From NCBI GenBank assembly GCA_022813865.1, contig JALDZX010000008.1, positions 310,001 through 374,000 of the forward strand: DNA of 64,000 nucleotides, given 5' to 3'. Shown here in pieces: positions 34,367 to 48,044 of this stretch; positions within the stretch are counted from its first letter, which is position 1; each line of letters begins with the position of its first letter. The translations under genes and the position numbers were made by a program. The notes beneath the pieces were generated by a model. The model made no database searches, was not told the DNA's origin, and saw nothing but the letters and a program-made list of their open reading frames with translations. This DNA is from Xylographa opegraphella (Eukaryota).

Positions 34367-36233
34367 ATGCTGAAGTCCACACACCGTCCTGTAAGGGGAC
34401 CTTCAGCTCTGCCTCCTGGGTGGACTGAGCACAAAGCTCCGACAGGTCAGCCAGATATTGCTCCCATCAGACATATTTATCTCATCTTCTTATAGATCCG
34501 TACTGAGTCTCCAGAACTTAGGCCACTTATACTATTTCAATGCTGCTACTCAACAATCAACATATACCAGACCAACAGCACCGGCAGCGCAAAATGGCAG
34601 TACTTTAACTGCGACTTCGGTGGGGGAAGGTTTCGCCTCCCCTGTCGTACTTGGACAGCAGCAGGCTTATCCATTACAATCAAATTTCCTTGGAAATGGT
34701 TTTGCGGATCAGATTCAACCTATAGCACAGAACAATTTTGTTCTCGGCCGCGGTTCCGGGCAATTCCACTACGCGGGAAGAAGACCTCCGCCAGAAGATA
34801 GACCGCGGTCAAAGCATACTATCCCTGGCTGTGAGCCATGGCTTCTTGTGAAGACTAAGCTTGGCCGGAGGTTCGTTCATAACCCAGATGCAGGGGAAAG
34901 CCTTTGGAAATTTCCACCTGAGGTGATGAAGTGTGTAATCGAGTATGACCGCTTGGAAAGAGAAAAGCGTGAGCATGAAGAACGCCAAGAGGCAAGCGCT
35001 TCGGAGGAGCAAGCCCCGGAGAAATCTGACGTTCACGCCGCCACGGCACCAACAGCTGAGCCTAGACCTACAATAAGGGCATCAAAGGGAAATCGACACG
35101 AAGACGAGAGTGATGAATATGAGGAAGTAGAGGTAACAGATGATGAGGATGATGATGGCCCTTTGAAACGACAAAAAGTGGATATGGAAGACGGACCAAT
35201 AGAGTTTGACGAGGAGGATATGGCATATCAGCTTGCCGCGATGGGTGAGGATTACGGGCTAGACCCAGGAGAATACGGCGATGGTCAAGGCGAGGACTGG
35301 GAGGAGGGAGCTGAAGGTTTGCCATTGACCGAGGAAGACTCGAAAGCTCTGTTCAATGACATGTTGAATGACTTCCATATCGATCCCTATACACCTTGGG
35401 AGAAAATTATCGAAGATGGGAGCATTATCGAAGATGAACGATACACCTGCCTCCCTAATATGAAGTCTCGGAAAGAAGCGTGGTGTGAGTGGAGCCGAAA
35501 GCGGATACAACATCTGAAAGAGCAACGAGAGAAGGAAGAGAAGAAGGACCCGAAAATCCCGTACTTTGCATTCCTCCAGAAGCAAGCGACACCAAAACTG
35601 TACTGGCCTGAGTTTCGAAGAAAGTATAAGAAGGAGCCTGAAATGCGTGATACAAAGCTCTCGGACAAAGATCGTGAAAAGTGGTATCGAGACTACATTA
35701 ATCGTAAGATAGTGCCATTCTGTCACACACCATATCTATGCTCATCATGACCCTTGTATACAGGTCTCAAACTTCCCGAGAGCTCCCTGAAGTCGGACCT
35801 TACGGCTCTCTTGAAGTCTCTATCATTACGCGAGATCAACCGCTCAACATCATTGAAAGCACTACCTCCTACACTTCTGACAGACATGCGGTACATTTCA
35901 TTGCGAGCACAAGTACGTGACCCGCTGATCGAAGCCTTTATTGCAATATCCCCGCCAGCTCCAGAAGACTCTGGCTTTACTGCTAAAGAGGAGGTCGAGC
36001 TCATGAAGCAAAGGAAAGACCGCGAACGACGGGAGAAAGCATTGGCTGAACGCGAGAGGATGGTCGAAGACGAGAAGCGGAAGCAGCGTGGTATTCTGCA
36101 ACACAGCAAAGGGATGCTACGAGAGGGCGAGGAGGAGATTGAAAGAGCTATGCAAGTTGGTAAAGAGGGTCTTCTAAGTCATCTAGAGGTTGCGCAGAAA
36201 GATGAGCCGCCAGCGTCTGGTTCAATTGAATGA
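34367..36233 (+). CDS. WW/FF-domain protein (Urn1/Dre4/TCERG1-like), 3 exons
   Basis: LPPGWTEHKAPT|GHLYYFN (WW), a second WW (PWLLVKT..GRRFVHN...SLW) and FF-like repeats (F..ML....IDPY..WE). Confidence 0.85.
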
Positions 36234-36466
36234 TACATTCAGGCCCTAAGTGTATAATCCATGTTTTGATGATACACTTCAGAACCAATGTGCAAACAGA
36301 ATTGACTTCAGACACGGCAACTTGCGGGCATTAAGTTACGAATGAGTGATCGAGTAAGAGCTTTCCTCTTGTCATGACTACAATGTTGATTATCATGAAT
36401 CGCGCTCAAATCAACGGGATCCTAAAGATCCTCAGCACTCCTACTCACAGCTTGCACTACGGTGAA

Positions 36467-37414
36467 TCACCGCATTTCCCATTCGTCCCAATCATCCTCG
36501 TCTTCGTCCTCTTCTACTACCACATTCACCATTTCATCGCCCAATCCGCTCGTCTTCCCTCCAGTACTATCAGCCACACCAATCCCCTCTTCCCTCCTCC
36601 TCCGAATTTCCTCTCTTTTCTCCCGCAGTCTCCTCACCCTTGATTCCAATTCTTCCATCTCATCGAACTCTTCTTCCAATCTTCTTGACGCATCCTCCTT
36701 CTCACCCTCTATCTCCGCTTCCCTCCGCTCCTTTGCCTGTATGCTCGCCTCCTCCCGAGACCGAGCTGCTATCTCGGCGGCAGTGAGAGGTGCAGCGCTA
36801 ATAGTCGCTTCGGCGGTCAACGCTGATGGCTGAGGAGGAGGCGTGGTAAGACGGGCAACATCGGCCTCGAAAGCTGCCCACTCGGACTCGTCGACCGCTG
36901 GAGTGGTCGCGTCGGCCGCCGAAACGGGGACGCCTGCGGAATTCGGATCGTCGAAGAAGTCAGGCGGGAGTTCGGGATCTGGGACTTTGGGTTCGACCGG
37001 TATTGATGGGATAGTCTCCTCGGTATTTGTTGTACGTGCGGATTCACCTAAGGGAGCTTCTGCCTGGCCATCTTGTGTTTCCTCACTCTCATCCACCTGT
37101 ACGCCCTGATCAAAAAACCCCCCTGGCAGCCCATTCTTTGCCTTAGATCGCTTCCGGAGATCTTCGCCGTTCTCATCGTCGTCCGCCTTCCGCTTTCTAC
37201 TCGCCATAGCACCATAAGTGACGCCCTCCGGTATTTGCTTCGAACGCTTCAGGTGCGGTGCGGATTTGACATGCAGGTCCCACAATGACTCTGATTTAAG
37301 CGGAATCTGGCATACTCGACATGATAGGGTACCTCCGGAGGAATAGGAAGCTTGGGGGTGGTTGATTCGACGAGAGGCTCGCTCGTTTCGTAACAGTGTG
37401 CGGACATCTGCCAT
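36467..37414 (-). CDS. ZNF830/CCDC16-like spliceosomal zinc-finger protein
   Basis: MADVRTLLR...I.HP.A.Y...G.L.C.VC...W..H..S..H (U1-type finger), LP..FFD repeats, EW..FE and a coiled coil. Confidence 0.8.
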   Translation of the reverse strand: MADVRTLLRNERASRRINHPQASYSSGGTLSCRVCQIPLKSESLWDLHVKSAPHLKRSKQIPEGVTYGAMASRKRKADDDENGEDLRKRSKAKNGLPGGFFDQGVQVDESEETQDGQAEAPLGESARTTNTEETIPSIPVEPKVPDPELPPDFFDDPNSAGVPVSAADATTPAVDESEWAAFEADVARLTTPPPQPSALTAEATISAAPLTAAEIAARSREEASIQAKERREAEIEGEKEDASRRLEEEFDEMEELESRVRRLREKREEIRRRREEGIGVADSTGGKTSGLGDEMVNVVVEEDEDEDDWDEWEMR

Positions 37415-38081
37415 TCGGGTTGTGGTAAAGAGTACCCAGTTAACTTCAATGCGGAAAAATCCAGTAGTAGTCAAGGTCCGTTTTGGTGGGTGCAATGTTC
37501 CAGTAATTCAGTTTGTATTGTGAGCGCATGCAAGAGCTGTTTACCCACCTTAACCATCACAAGTTTCAATGGTGAAAGCAGTACGGAATAGACTGGTCCG
37601 AGCTTCGATATCACGTGCATGCCGGTCTGCCGAAAAAGCTTAGATACGCTAAAGCTATTCTCCGCTTTGACAACTTCGTCCAAACACACACGACCATTAC
37701 GGTCATCAAAACAAAAGACGCACATCATCTTCATCTTTTGACGCCCTGAGCCTGGGGCTTACTCGAACTGCCCTTACCAAGAATCTACAAGGTGGATGTG
37801 CTGGTTCGTAGCTCGACCATAGTCCTGATCAAACGCTGTTGTTGGATTGGTTGGATCTCGATACTCTACGGGCATATTGCTACTTTGGATATTGCGAGGC
37901 TTACGCATTGTTTCAACTGTGGGGCTTTGTGATAGCTGAATTAGTGCTACCGTATTGCTACTTCAAGCGATCATTGTAGAGCCCATGTGTGACCACGGTG
38001 ATCGCGATTTATCACTCCAGTGACTCGAAAAATCTAGAGCCATTACCTCAAGTAGACGAGTATAGTGTTGCACGATCAATC

Positions 38082-40852
38082 ATGTCTGGTAAGTCATACA
38101 CGGCAATGCGTTGTTGAATCAAGAGCCTCCTTCGTTCTATGTTCTCGGTTTGCTAACAAGTACAACAGACGATATTCGACGATCCGGCAGAGCCACCAAG
38201 GGGCAGCATACGAAGAACGTTGACGAGCCAGACGGCCCTCCACCGAAACGTGGCAAAGCTGGCCGCCCACCCAAAGCTTCCAAACAAGTCTCGACGCCAC
38301 CCGAAGAAGAGGAGGAGAAGGAGGAGCCTGCCATAATCCGATGCATCTGTGGATACGTTGTGGAGGACGAAGACGATGAGCGAACAATGGTGATATGCGA
38401 CAATTGCTCGGCATGGCAGCACAACATATGTATGGGTATATCAGAAGACCCCGATGACCTTCCTGAACAATACTTTTGCGAACAATGTAGACCAGAAGAC
38501 CACAAGGAGCTTTTGGACGCCATGGCGAGAGGAGAGACACCATGGGTAGAACGAGAGTTGCAAAGACAACGCGACGAGCAAGAGAAGAAGGGAAGAAAGC
38601 GCAAGGTTGGCAAGAGGGGCAGGAAACCAAAGTCCCAAGAGACCAAACCAGAAAAACCTAGGGAATCGAAAGGCGCAACGACTCTTAGCCCAACAGTGCC
38701 ACCGCCTCAAGTTTTCAGCACTCCAACAAAGCCAGAGATCAGTCAAAAGAGGAAGCTTTCTGAGGAGTCAACCACGCAAACAGTGTCTATAGACGAACAT
38801 GTAAGTTGAGGTAATCTTTGATGTCGTATAAATACTGATTCTCTATAGCAACCATCAAGTAAGATACGCAAGATTTCGATACCGAAGGACGTGAAATCCC
38901 CACCTCAGCGGCGCCAGTCAAGTGCAATGGCAGCGCCTATAAGGCAGGATTCGATGGGGGGCTCCCTGCAAGCTGAGCTCGTGGAGAGCATCTCTGATCT
39001 GCAGAGTGAGACACGACGAAAGGCGGCTGGTGCATTAGTGAAGTTGTTCGTAGAGCAAACACAACAAGCCCAGAAGCAGGGTGTCTTCAAAGTGCCACCT
39101 GGTCAATCTCCTGACGCATTCGGCCTTAGACTTGGCCTTGCAGTAGAGTATGCGATATACCTGTACTTCTGGGGTCATTCCGAAGAGCCCAAACAGGAGT
39201 ATAGTGGAAAGCTTCGTATGATGCTTCACAATGTAAAGGCCAACCCAACCCTTCGCGACCGCCTCTTGACAGGATCCTTATCACCCGAAAAGTTTTCCCA
39301 GATGTCCTCGCACGATATGGCCAGCAAAGAGCTACAAGAGAAGACAGCCGAAATCATCAAAGAGGTTGAGAAACAGCATCTGCTTATTCAAGAGGAGGGC
39401 CCAAGGATTAGGAGGACACACAAAGGAGAAGAATTGGTAGGAGACGATACTCAGCAAAATGCGACCACAGAGCCATCATTCACAAACCCGCCGTCACGAC
39501 GACGGGAAAGTATGGCTGATGCAGCTGAAGTGAATCAGATCACTCCTCTTCCAAAGAGCCCACGAAGTCCCAACGCAGTTGAGCTACCATCCGATGTTCT
39601 CTCGGCCGGTGCTGGAATGTCACTGACAAATGGCAAACCTCTAACGGTGGATACAAAGGTAGCACCTAGATCATCGCTGGCACCAGAGCGCAAATCATCA
39701 TCAGCTTTCAATATTCAAAATGTTTGGTCCAGTGTTGATTCTCCAGATGCGGATAAGCAACGTGTTCGTCAATCAACCCAGCAGCCATCACGTTCCATGT
39801 CTGATCAGGTGACCGGTCTTGGAGTACAAGCAGATGAAGACATCGATCATCTCCTCAAAGACGAAGATCCCGATGACGAAGAGCCATATTCTCCAACGGA
39901 CTTTGATGCAGAACCAGGTATGGCTTGGCGTGGCAACCTTACAATGCCTTCTGTCGCTGGCTTTCGTGGGAGTGGTAGGCATGTCGCTGGAGCGGATCTC
40001 AGTAGTGTCTATTCCTGGACACAGCTAATTCCCCACTCACTTCACATCGAGGGACGTATAGATGTAGAGAAAGCTACACAATACTTGTGCGGGCTTCAAT
40101 GGAGTAAGACTACGGACGTCAGCGTTATCTCCATCATGCCCAATGACAATCAGGCAGACCAAGAGCAGTTCAACAAGCTCTTCGATTACTTCACCGAGCG
40201 CAAACGATATGGTGTTATTAGCAAAAGCCCTGTCACGACTGTTCGCGATGTCTATCTTGTTCCCCTGGAGGCGGGTACGGCAAAAAAGCCAGAGTTCATC
40301 GAGCTCCTCGAATACTGTACGCTCGAGGAGCCACGACCAACGCGCATGCTACTGATCACGTATGTGATCAAAACCAAGACCGACACCACGTCGTCAGCAC
40401 AAGCAACACCCCGTCATCCGGAAGGCGGCATGATTGCCAGCCCAATATCTACGCAGGTTCCAGGTCAATATCGCAACCCTTCGTTGAGCAATGCAGGCGC
40501 GCAGATGTCACCCGTAAGCGCTTATGGAAATGTATCATATGGGAGTCCAGCGCAGCACCAACAGCCTTTCACAACTCCTCAACGGCCGTATTCACCAGCC
40601 TATAATATCAGTAGCAACGGAGCCAACCCGACGGGCATGGAAGCAGCTCGGCAGGTGCTCGGCGATATGGCGGGTGCTCCTGTCGTCAGCGAGCTGTTGT
40701 CTCAAGCACCAGGCACTGGTCTCGTGGAGTTTGGGCATATCAAGGAAGTCATGGAAAGCGTGCCTGCGTGTCACAATAATTTCGAAATGTTCATGGGCTT
40801 GCTCGCTGCTAGATCCCAGCAAGGATCTGTAGGCCTGCCGACTGGTTCGTAG
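38082..40852 (+). CDS. BYE1: Transcription factor Bye1 (PHD, TFIIS-M, SPOC), 3 exons
   Basis: RRSGRATKG, PHD (IRCICG...ICDNCSAWQH..C...YFCEQC), IRRTHKGEE and SPOC (W.G...IEGRI...YF.ERKRYGV...VRDVYLVP). Confidence 0.9.
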
Positions 40853-42563
40853 TGCTTCTGGTTGAGTCGTTTTTGGACAATTTTTAGGCGGTTCTCTGTT
40901 TCTCGGCATTGTGTAGATTGTGCCTGTCAAGATGACGAGCGATCTAGAAGAGAGATCCGAACTTTCAGCTTCGGAGGAGGTTTTGGTGATAGTAATTGTT
41001 CAGCACTCTGTAGTAACAAAAATAAAGAGACTCAAACTTCATATATGTTTGTGTAAGCGTAAGAATCCTTGTCTTGGGTGTCTGACCGTCGAATATTCGA
41101 AGGGTTTGAGCACTCCTCATGATTGCTCTTGAACTCGAGTATTCTCAGGTATGTATCCGGATTCAGCGATCTTACGTTTCCTGACCTCGAATAATGAAAC
41201 AATTTATAATTTTGCAATATTTAGAACCAGTTCCCAGTTGCGGTCATTGTTCTTTACTACTCGGATCATTCGACTATTTGCTTATTCTACCATGGAACGC
41301 TGGCAGGAAAAGGATTGTGCAATACGGTCCAGAGAATGGTCTGAAGGTGCAGCCAGTAACAAATGATTGGCTCTCGGCTACTTACAGCTACCACAGTACG
41401 TACAGTAAGACCTAACCTCACTAACGTGACTTGGCTTGGCAGGCTTGGCAATAGAAACACCCACATCCAATGCATCTACTTGCGTAAGGTACCTAGAAGA
41501 ATGGGTTTTGTACTGCTTAAAGCCTAGGCAGATCATGGTGAATGATCCGAGCAGAGTTGAGCGCTGCCAGATAGGACTTCATTTCTATGAAACTCCTTTA
41601 ATATTTTACGCTCATATCGGTACACTATCGGGTTCTGCAAAGAATGATTCCCAATCCATCTAGGCTTTTCAAGATTTGGAGACAGGATACATTTGGCGCT
41701 TACGTTGTTGCAACGGCGAACAGCGTGCTACTTGTCGAGGTTAATCTCTTATTCTGGTACAATCTACTGATGCTCATTCGACCTGGTCTCTGATCACAGC
41801 ATAACCGATACGAATGTGGGATGGTCGGATAGGCCCTGCCATTTGGCTGTAACACTTCTGCATGAGAGGAGTTCACAGCAGAGCCTTCCTTCTCGTTGTC
41901 ATGGATCTTTCATCGTGGTTGAGCTTTTGTTTATTTTTGGATTCTCATCGTCATTGAAATTTATGTCAGTGCTATCCTGCTTCTCGCCAACAACGCTATA
42001 TTGATAGCAAAGAGGATGTCTATCAATAAACAACATTCTTGTCATATGGTTTGCCAGGTGTCAGTTGGTCTTGCCAATGACTTCGTTTGGCTAAATAGCA
42101 ACGGCGGGCTTCTCCGGTACTAACGGAAACAGTCGCTCTCTGCCAAATCTCAGCCTGGACTTCTCGATCATCAGGGTCGAGTCATCTGAGGAGTATGCCG
42201 GCGTATTAACCGCTCTGTCCGCAAATCACAAAGAAACTCAGACCTCGTCATATCCCTTTTCGAGTTATTTCTGTTCACAAAGCGTGATTTTTGTTTCCGT
42301 TTTCGAGAAGTCCCTCTTTTCTGCCATTACCTACTCGTTGTAAGAGAATAGATGTGGAGAGGAGCAGTGATTTATGAAGAGCAATCGAACAGACGAGGGG
42401 GGCGGCAAAAGGTAGATATGGCAAACTGGTAAAGTAAGAATAGCAAAAGTAGACCGAGCATATAATCACTTAATTGCCTGAAACATTGCACTCGCGCCAA
42501 GTCTATATCAAAGTGAACACCTACGGCATTGTTCGAATACAGCTTGCGAGAGACGTAGTCGCA

Positions 42564-44457
42564 CTACTGTAGCTTCTTCTGATTTCGCGCTCCCAGTAAT
42601 CTATCTTTGATCATCACCAGCCTCCCACGGACTAGGGCCCCGAGTCTCTTGATATCATACCCTTGTGCCTCATCCGCGCCTACGAATCTGCGAACCAGTA
42701 GGTTGAAAATACTCCCAAACGCCAAGGCCATCACGGTGCTAGTCAAGATAATAACATTATACGGCATGCTGAAATCGGGGGTCGGCAGTGGCAGTAACAA
42801 GCTCGTCGTCCGCAGATACATAGCGTCACCAGTGGTGTTAGATGCGGAGGAAATGAGTCGTATTACGGCGGGCGCCACATCGAAACCTCGATTGGCGTCT
42901 GGGGGATATTCGGTGTATCGAAGAATGGCTTTCTCGAAATCGTAGGTCAGTGTGGCTGTAGAAGCAGCGGGTACTACCATGCGAACTTCGAGCTGGGTGC
43001 CACGGTGTCTATCGACTGAGGGGCGATAGTAGATGTCTTTGATTATGGAAGGCGATTGTTTCCCTTCACCGGGAAGGAGGACCTTTAGCGTATGAAGATA
43101 AGGCTTCATGAACCAGGGTAAAGACTCGAAATACACAAACTCGACAGGTGTGTCAAGGGAAGGATTAGTAAGGAGTGTCTGGATTCCACCCCGTTCCTGC
43201 CCATGCCCGGTGATGGACCGTTCGGCATATAAAGGTGGTGGGCGAACCGGCGAGCCGGTCTGGACGCTTTGCTTTGGAAGCATGAGCTCAAAATCATCTA
43301 CAGTTGGTAGTACGAAACATCTCGAAAATCCGGAAGTGTCTTTGAATTCCGTTACTCCGTGAGAAGTGTATACATCTCGGTCAGCGGGTACGTTGAGGCA
43401 GACCGACTGGGAGTCCGGCACTTCGGAGGTTTCAACAAGACAAGTTCCTTTGATCGGACGCCCGAACACTTCTGACAGGGTCCATTGCTGTCCGTACGAG
43501 ACATCCATAGGATAACATGTACCTTCAGAAGAGTATTCCTTCGAGGTATCACACACGAGGTCCTCTCGTGGAATTGGACGTGGTATTGGATTATCTGGAC
43601 GCTTTAGCTTGTACCACTCGAATGAGAAGCTGATCAACAATACCTCGTGGCCGTTTAGACCGTTCGATATCCAGTACCATATCGACTGACTGTTCCATTT
43701 CTACCACGCATTCATATTCGCCTGCAGGACAGACTGGCCGAACATCGATTGCCATACTCTGCCACGAAGCATCAAACAGCTTGTGTCCGTCTAGCAGGCT
43801 TGAGATACCAGCCTTACCTTTGCAAGGCAGAAGCTTTAGAAAAGGTGTCAGATTCTCCGTGCACACGACTTCGTGCGGAAGAGTTCCGTGCAGAAGATGT
43901 AGGTTGGCTCGAGACGCATCGGAATGGTCGCCGACTGGCTCGAAGGTCATGACCGGCCTTGAAGTGCGTGTTGAGTCTATGAAGTTCAAAGAAGCACAGA
44001 AGAGGCCAGATAAAGCGTTGTTCAAAGTAATCCAACGAGCAAAAGCTCTACCACCATATCAGTTTTGCTTCGTGCGTCGACTCCCGGAAAGGTTCACTAA
44101 CTCTTCATCTGTCTCAGCCTCTACCCAAGCCCATAATTCAACCCCAGTTCCCCCTTCCTTCGCGCCGCCCCATGGCCTTGTGCCCCAGCTCTCCGCATTC
44201 CATCTTCCAGTGCTGAATCGCAAATGCAGTTCTCGCGTCTTTGCATGTTGCAGTATCTGCCCAAGTGAGCGTGGAATAAAGGTGAAGTGCTGTTGCTCGA
44301 AAGACGTCAAGGAAGCATTGCTATGGAAATTGAAGCTTGCAAGTAGGGACGCAGGAGGGAGTGGCTGCAAGAGAAGTTTTTCATGGTAATCGCTAGAAGC
44401 CTGGCCCCACCGATTACATAGTAAGGACAGAAATAGCAGAAAGTAGTGGAATGTCAT
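42564..44457 (-). CDS. GPI16: GPI transamidase subunit PIG-T, multi-exon
   Basis: Signal peptide; LPHEVVCTENLTPFLKLLPC; YPPDANRGFD; LPTPDFSMPYNVIILT; C-terminal KKxx. Confidence 0.95.
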
Positions 44458-44685
44458 GCCGGCATTGCAGCCAGGCTTGCTCACGAGTCATACAATGTCC
44501 TTGATAAAATAGTGGAATGATGTTCACGGGCAGGTTGAAGCTTGAGTTCCATAGGGCTGAGAGCAAAAGCTCCGCAATGCTTTTCGCAAGGTTTGTCGGA
44601 CAATCATTGACTAAACACTGCGACACCTCTCCATTGAACCTAAGTATTTGGGAGACTTCCTCTATTCTTGTGGTACGCTTTCAGC

Positions 44686-45762
44686 ATGGCGGCGGAGCAA
44701 AGAAAGCTGCTTGGTAACTATACACCCTTCACCTTCACCGTCCTGAAAGCTACTGAACAAATGATCTCCGTTCCAAGAGCAGCTCATGGGCGGTATAAAC
44801 CCTTTGTAATACCAGTGTAAACTTCACTAACAGTCGTATCTCATAGAGCAGCTCATGGGCGCCAGTTCTTCCTCACGACACGCCCAACTCTCCATTACAG
44901 ACCCCAAAGTCTGCCGGTCCTTTCTGGTCGGCACTTGTCCCCACGACCTTTTCACAAACACAAAGCAAGATCTTGGTCCATGTCCCAAAGTTCATAGTGA
45001 GCCGCTGAAGATTGAGTATGAGGCTTCAACAGAAAAGAGCAAATATGGCTTCGAATACGACTATATGCGGGATATGCAAAAGTACATTGACGACTGCAAT
45101 CGCCGGATAGATTCCGCCCAAAGGAGGTTGGAGAAGACACCGGACGAAATAAGACAAACGAATGCCCTTGTACGCGCTTCTCCCTCATCCAGCTCTCTTT
45201 TTTCGTTATCCTCTCAATTCCCCTCAACTTGAACACTACAGCCCGCTAATACCTTTCTACCCAGCTCAAACAAATTTCCGACCTCTCCCGAACCATCAAT
45301 ACCGGCCTGCTTGAAATTTCTGTCCTTGGCGAGTCTGGCTCCGTCTCGACCGCCTACACGGAGTTCTACAAAGTCCGCACCGCCAAAGCTGCCAAAGAAG
45401 AGAAGGAGCGCGAGCTCCGCTCGCTCTCCGACACCTCCGGCCCTAGCGGCCACCAGAAACTGCAGGTGTGCGACGTGTGCGGCGCGTATCTGAGTCGACT
45501 GGACAACGATCGTCGGCTGGCGGATCACTTTTATGGCAAGATGCACTTGGGTTATGCGCAGATGCGGAAGACGTGGGAGGGGCTTCAGAAAGAACTGAAA
45601 GGACGGGCGCCGCCGAACAGAGATGAGGGGCCGGGAGCGGGGAGAGGCGATGAGGGGTATGGGGATGGAGGATGGGGTGGAAGGGGGAGGGGAGGATTCA
45701 GAGGTGGAGGGGGTTTCAGAGGAGGGTTCAGGGGAAGAGGAGGATATAATCAGAGGTGGTAG
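44686..45762 (+). CDS. LUC7: U1 snRNP protein Luc7, multi-exon
   Basis: MAAEQRKLL, CRSFLVGTCPHDLFTNTK.DLGPCPKVH, QKLQVCDVCGAYLS..DNDRRLADHF.GKMHLGY and an RGG tail. Confidence 0.95.
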
Positions 45763-46052
45763 ACCGAGAGAGTTGGTATTGCTTTTTAGCGACTATGGCG
45801 TTGGGGTAGAAAATTGTGCGGATTTTTTTCGGAGGATGCTACAGACACAGGACGAAGATACCCGCAGAAACTTGATACGGTCTGCAAAAGCTTTTGAGCT
45901 TCGAGCGTCCGCAACTACTGGACAAAAACGTGCCGGCGAGCACAGTTCTGATTTGTGGAATCCTAGCATGCCAAAGCCAGCCCCCAAATCCGCGGCTTTG
46001 GCCGTAAAGCCATGCATACCTCTATCTTTCAAGCTTTTATGCAACTCCTATA

Positions 46053-47297
46053 TCACGACCCTGCTGTACCCGCCTCGACTTGATCCGCCCAAGTCCCCCT
46101 CTCCCCCGTGGGCGACTTCAAGATATCCTTATTATCCAGGGTCACGATCCTTTCCGCAGGTAGGCTCCCTGCATTCTTCGTCACATCGACCGCCAGCGCT
46201 GGAAAGTCCGTCTCTTTGAAAGCCGCTGGTTTCTTGAACCCCTGTTGACCCCTCCCGACGTGGTCTCCGGTTCCATCTCCACCGAAATCCCCTCGCCCTC
46301 TACCCCTTCCCCTGTCGCCCCGCCCTCTTCCTCGCCCGCGCCGACCTTCAAAGCTACCTCGTCCGGAGGGATTCTCTATGTTATCCTCGCCAGGCGAATC
46401 GCCCCCTCTCCCAGCATAGCCAGCCTCCCCTCCCCTACCTCTCCCGCCACTGCCACCCCCTACCACGCCCCCATACATCCCTCTCCTCGCCCCTCTCACC
46501 TTCTCTTCCTCCGGCGCCTTTCCCTCATCCCACTCTCGACCTCCCCGTGCACCCAATTTCCTCAGCCGGTTGCTCTCACGCTCCCCCTCCATCACTCGTC
46601 TCGCTGCGCCCTCCTCCCTTCTCTTTTCCCGCGCCTGTGCTTCTCGATGCTGGAAGCTCGCCTCGTCAGCTTCAGCCAGCCTGTGCGCCTCCTCTCGCTT
46701 TGCATTGTTGAGCCGGGCGGCAGCCAGGCGGGCGGAGAGCTCGGACTCGGTGAGTTTGGGCTTTTGCACACCGCCCGTTTGGAGACGCGAGCCGCGGACG
46801 GGAGACGATTTGGGTGCTGGGTTGGTGGCATCAGCGGCTGCGATTACATTTGCTGGATCTGCTGGTGCGGTGGACGCTGGAGCTTCAGCAGAGGTAGCCG
46901 AATCCGGCGCAGTAGCAATTACAGTAGAAGTTGAGGCAGGGTTTGGAGTGGACTTAGATGTTGGATGTGCATGGTGGGCATTGTCAGCGGAGCGGGGAAA
47001 GCCTCTTCTCCCTCTCCCTCGAGCTTGGCTGCCACGCGCCCTCGGTTGGGGGTATGAAGATCTGGGTGCTGTGGGCGGGACGATCTGGTTGATGGGTTCG
47101 GTGATGGGGGTGTAGTCGTCGTCGAAGAGGTCGTCTGGCTGGCGGGTTTGGGCAAATTCGTCGATGCTGGGGTCCTCTCGAGATTTTGGCTTGGGACGAT
47201 AGTTAGTGGATATACTTGCAGGCTTGAAGAGAATGTAGACCTCAGGTGCTCCATTGGGAGCTTGGGAGGAGCTTCCAGCCCATTGAGACTCTTGCAT
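46053..47297 (-). CDS. Hypothetical RGG-rich, probably RNA-binding protein
   Basis: Long ORF with DDLFDDD, TGG..KPKLTE.EL, coiled coil, REWD, RGG boxes, DFPAL and WADQVE. The start codon and a short in-frame intron are uncertain. Confidence 0.75.
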   Translation of the reverse strand: MQESQWAGSSSQAPNGAPEVYILFKPASISTNYRPKPKSREDPSIDEFAQTRQPDDLFDDDYTPITEPINQIVPPTAPRSSYPQPRARGSQARGRGRRGFPRSADNAHHAHPTSKSTPNPASTSTVIATAPDSATSAEAPASTAPADPANVIAAADATNPAPKSSPVRGSRLQTGGVQKPKLTESELSARLAAARLNNAKREEAHRLAEADEASFQHREAQAREKRREEGAARRVMEGERESNRLRKLGARGGREWDEGKAPEEEKVRGARRGMYGGVVGGGSGGRGRGGEAGYAGRGGDSPGEDNIENPSGRGSFEGRRGRGRGRGDRGRGRGRGDFGGDGTGDHVGRGQQGFKKPAAFKETDFPALAVDVTKNAGSLPAERIVTLDNKDILKSPTGERGTWADQVEAGTAGS

Positions 47298-48044
47298 GAC
47301 GGCTTGATAGCTGGTGGAGGTCCAGGGGATATAAATCGAATGCTGAAGGGAGCTGTAGGGCAGAGGTTTTACTACCGAGTGAACAAGTCGAGGAAAATCA
47401 GTATAATAAGCGTTCGATAAGATCTGCGGCAAGGCTGCAAGCTTTGACTGAGCTCGGCCGTTATGCCGTGTTTGGCCGTCAAATTATTGGTAGTCCGTAG
47501 TGCAGCAGTCACTGTAGTCACGAGTGCAGGTAACAGGGAAATGCAAACATTCTTGGGCTCGGAACAAGCCAATGTCAGTGCCATGTATGTTTACTATGTG
47601 GGTCAAGCATTACACAGTAGGTGCTTTATACATTATGATATTCCTTCAGACTAGGAGGGAAAGTGAGTAACTGTCTATCTGTGCTCCATGGTTAGGTGCA
47701 GAGATCTGTATAAACCGGAACACTGGCACTCGAGCACATTCTATGCTGAGGCACATCTATCATGATGGATACGTCCTGGACTCTCATTTCTGCAATAGGT
47801 CTTCACTCCACCATGCCGGTATCAACCTTCATGTGATGGAGAAGAACAATGCCTGAGCAGTGTAGTATCCTCAGTCATTCTTCGCAGAAGACCTCCACAG
47901 TCAATAATTGTCTCTGGGCTCGACTCTTTGGCCGATGTCCACGTTGAACGGGTATCAAAAAACTGTTCCAAAATCCAAGGCTTTACCACGATGCAAAAGG
48001 TGGGCTTCTCATGCCCTTCTCGATCAAATACATAGCTCAAATGC

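Noticed and set aside
34367..47297. Functional cluster of RNA-processing genes
   Set aside because: Unrelated housekeeping genes are interspersed, and no shared regulatory signal was seen.
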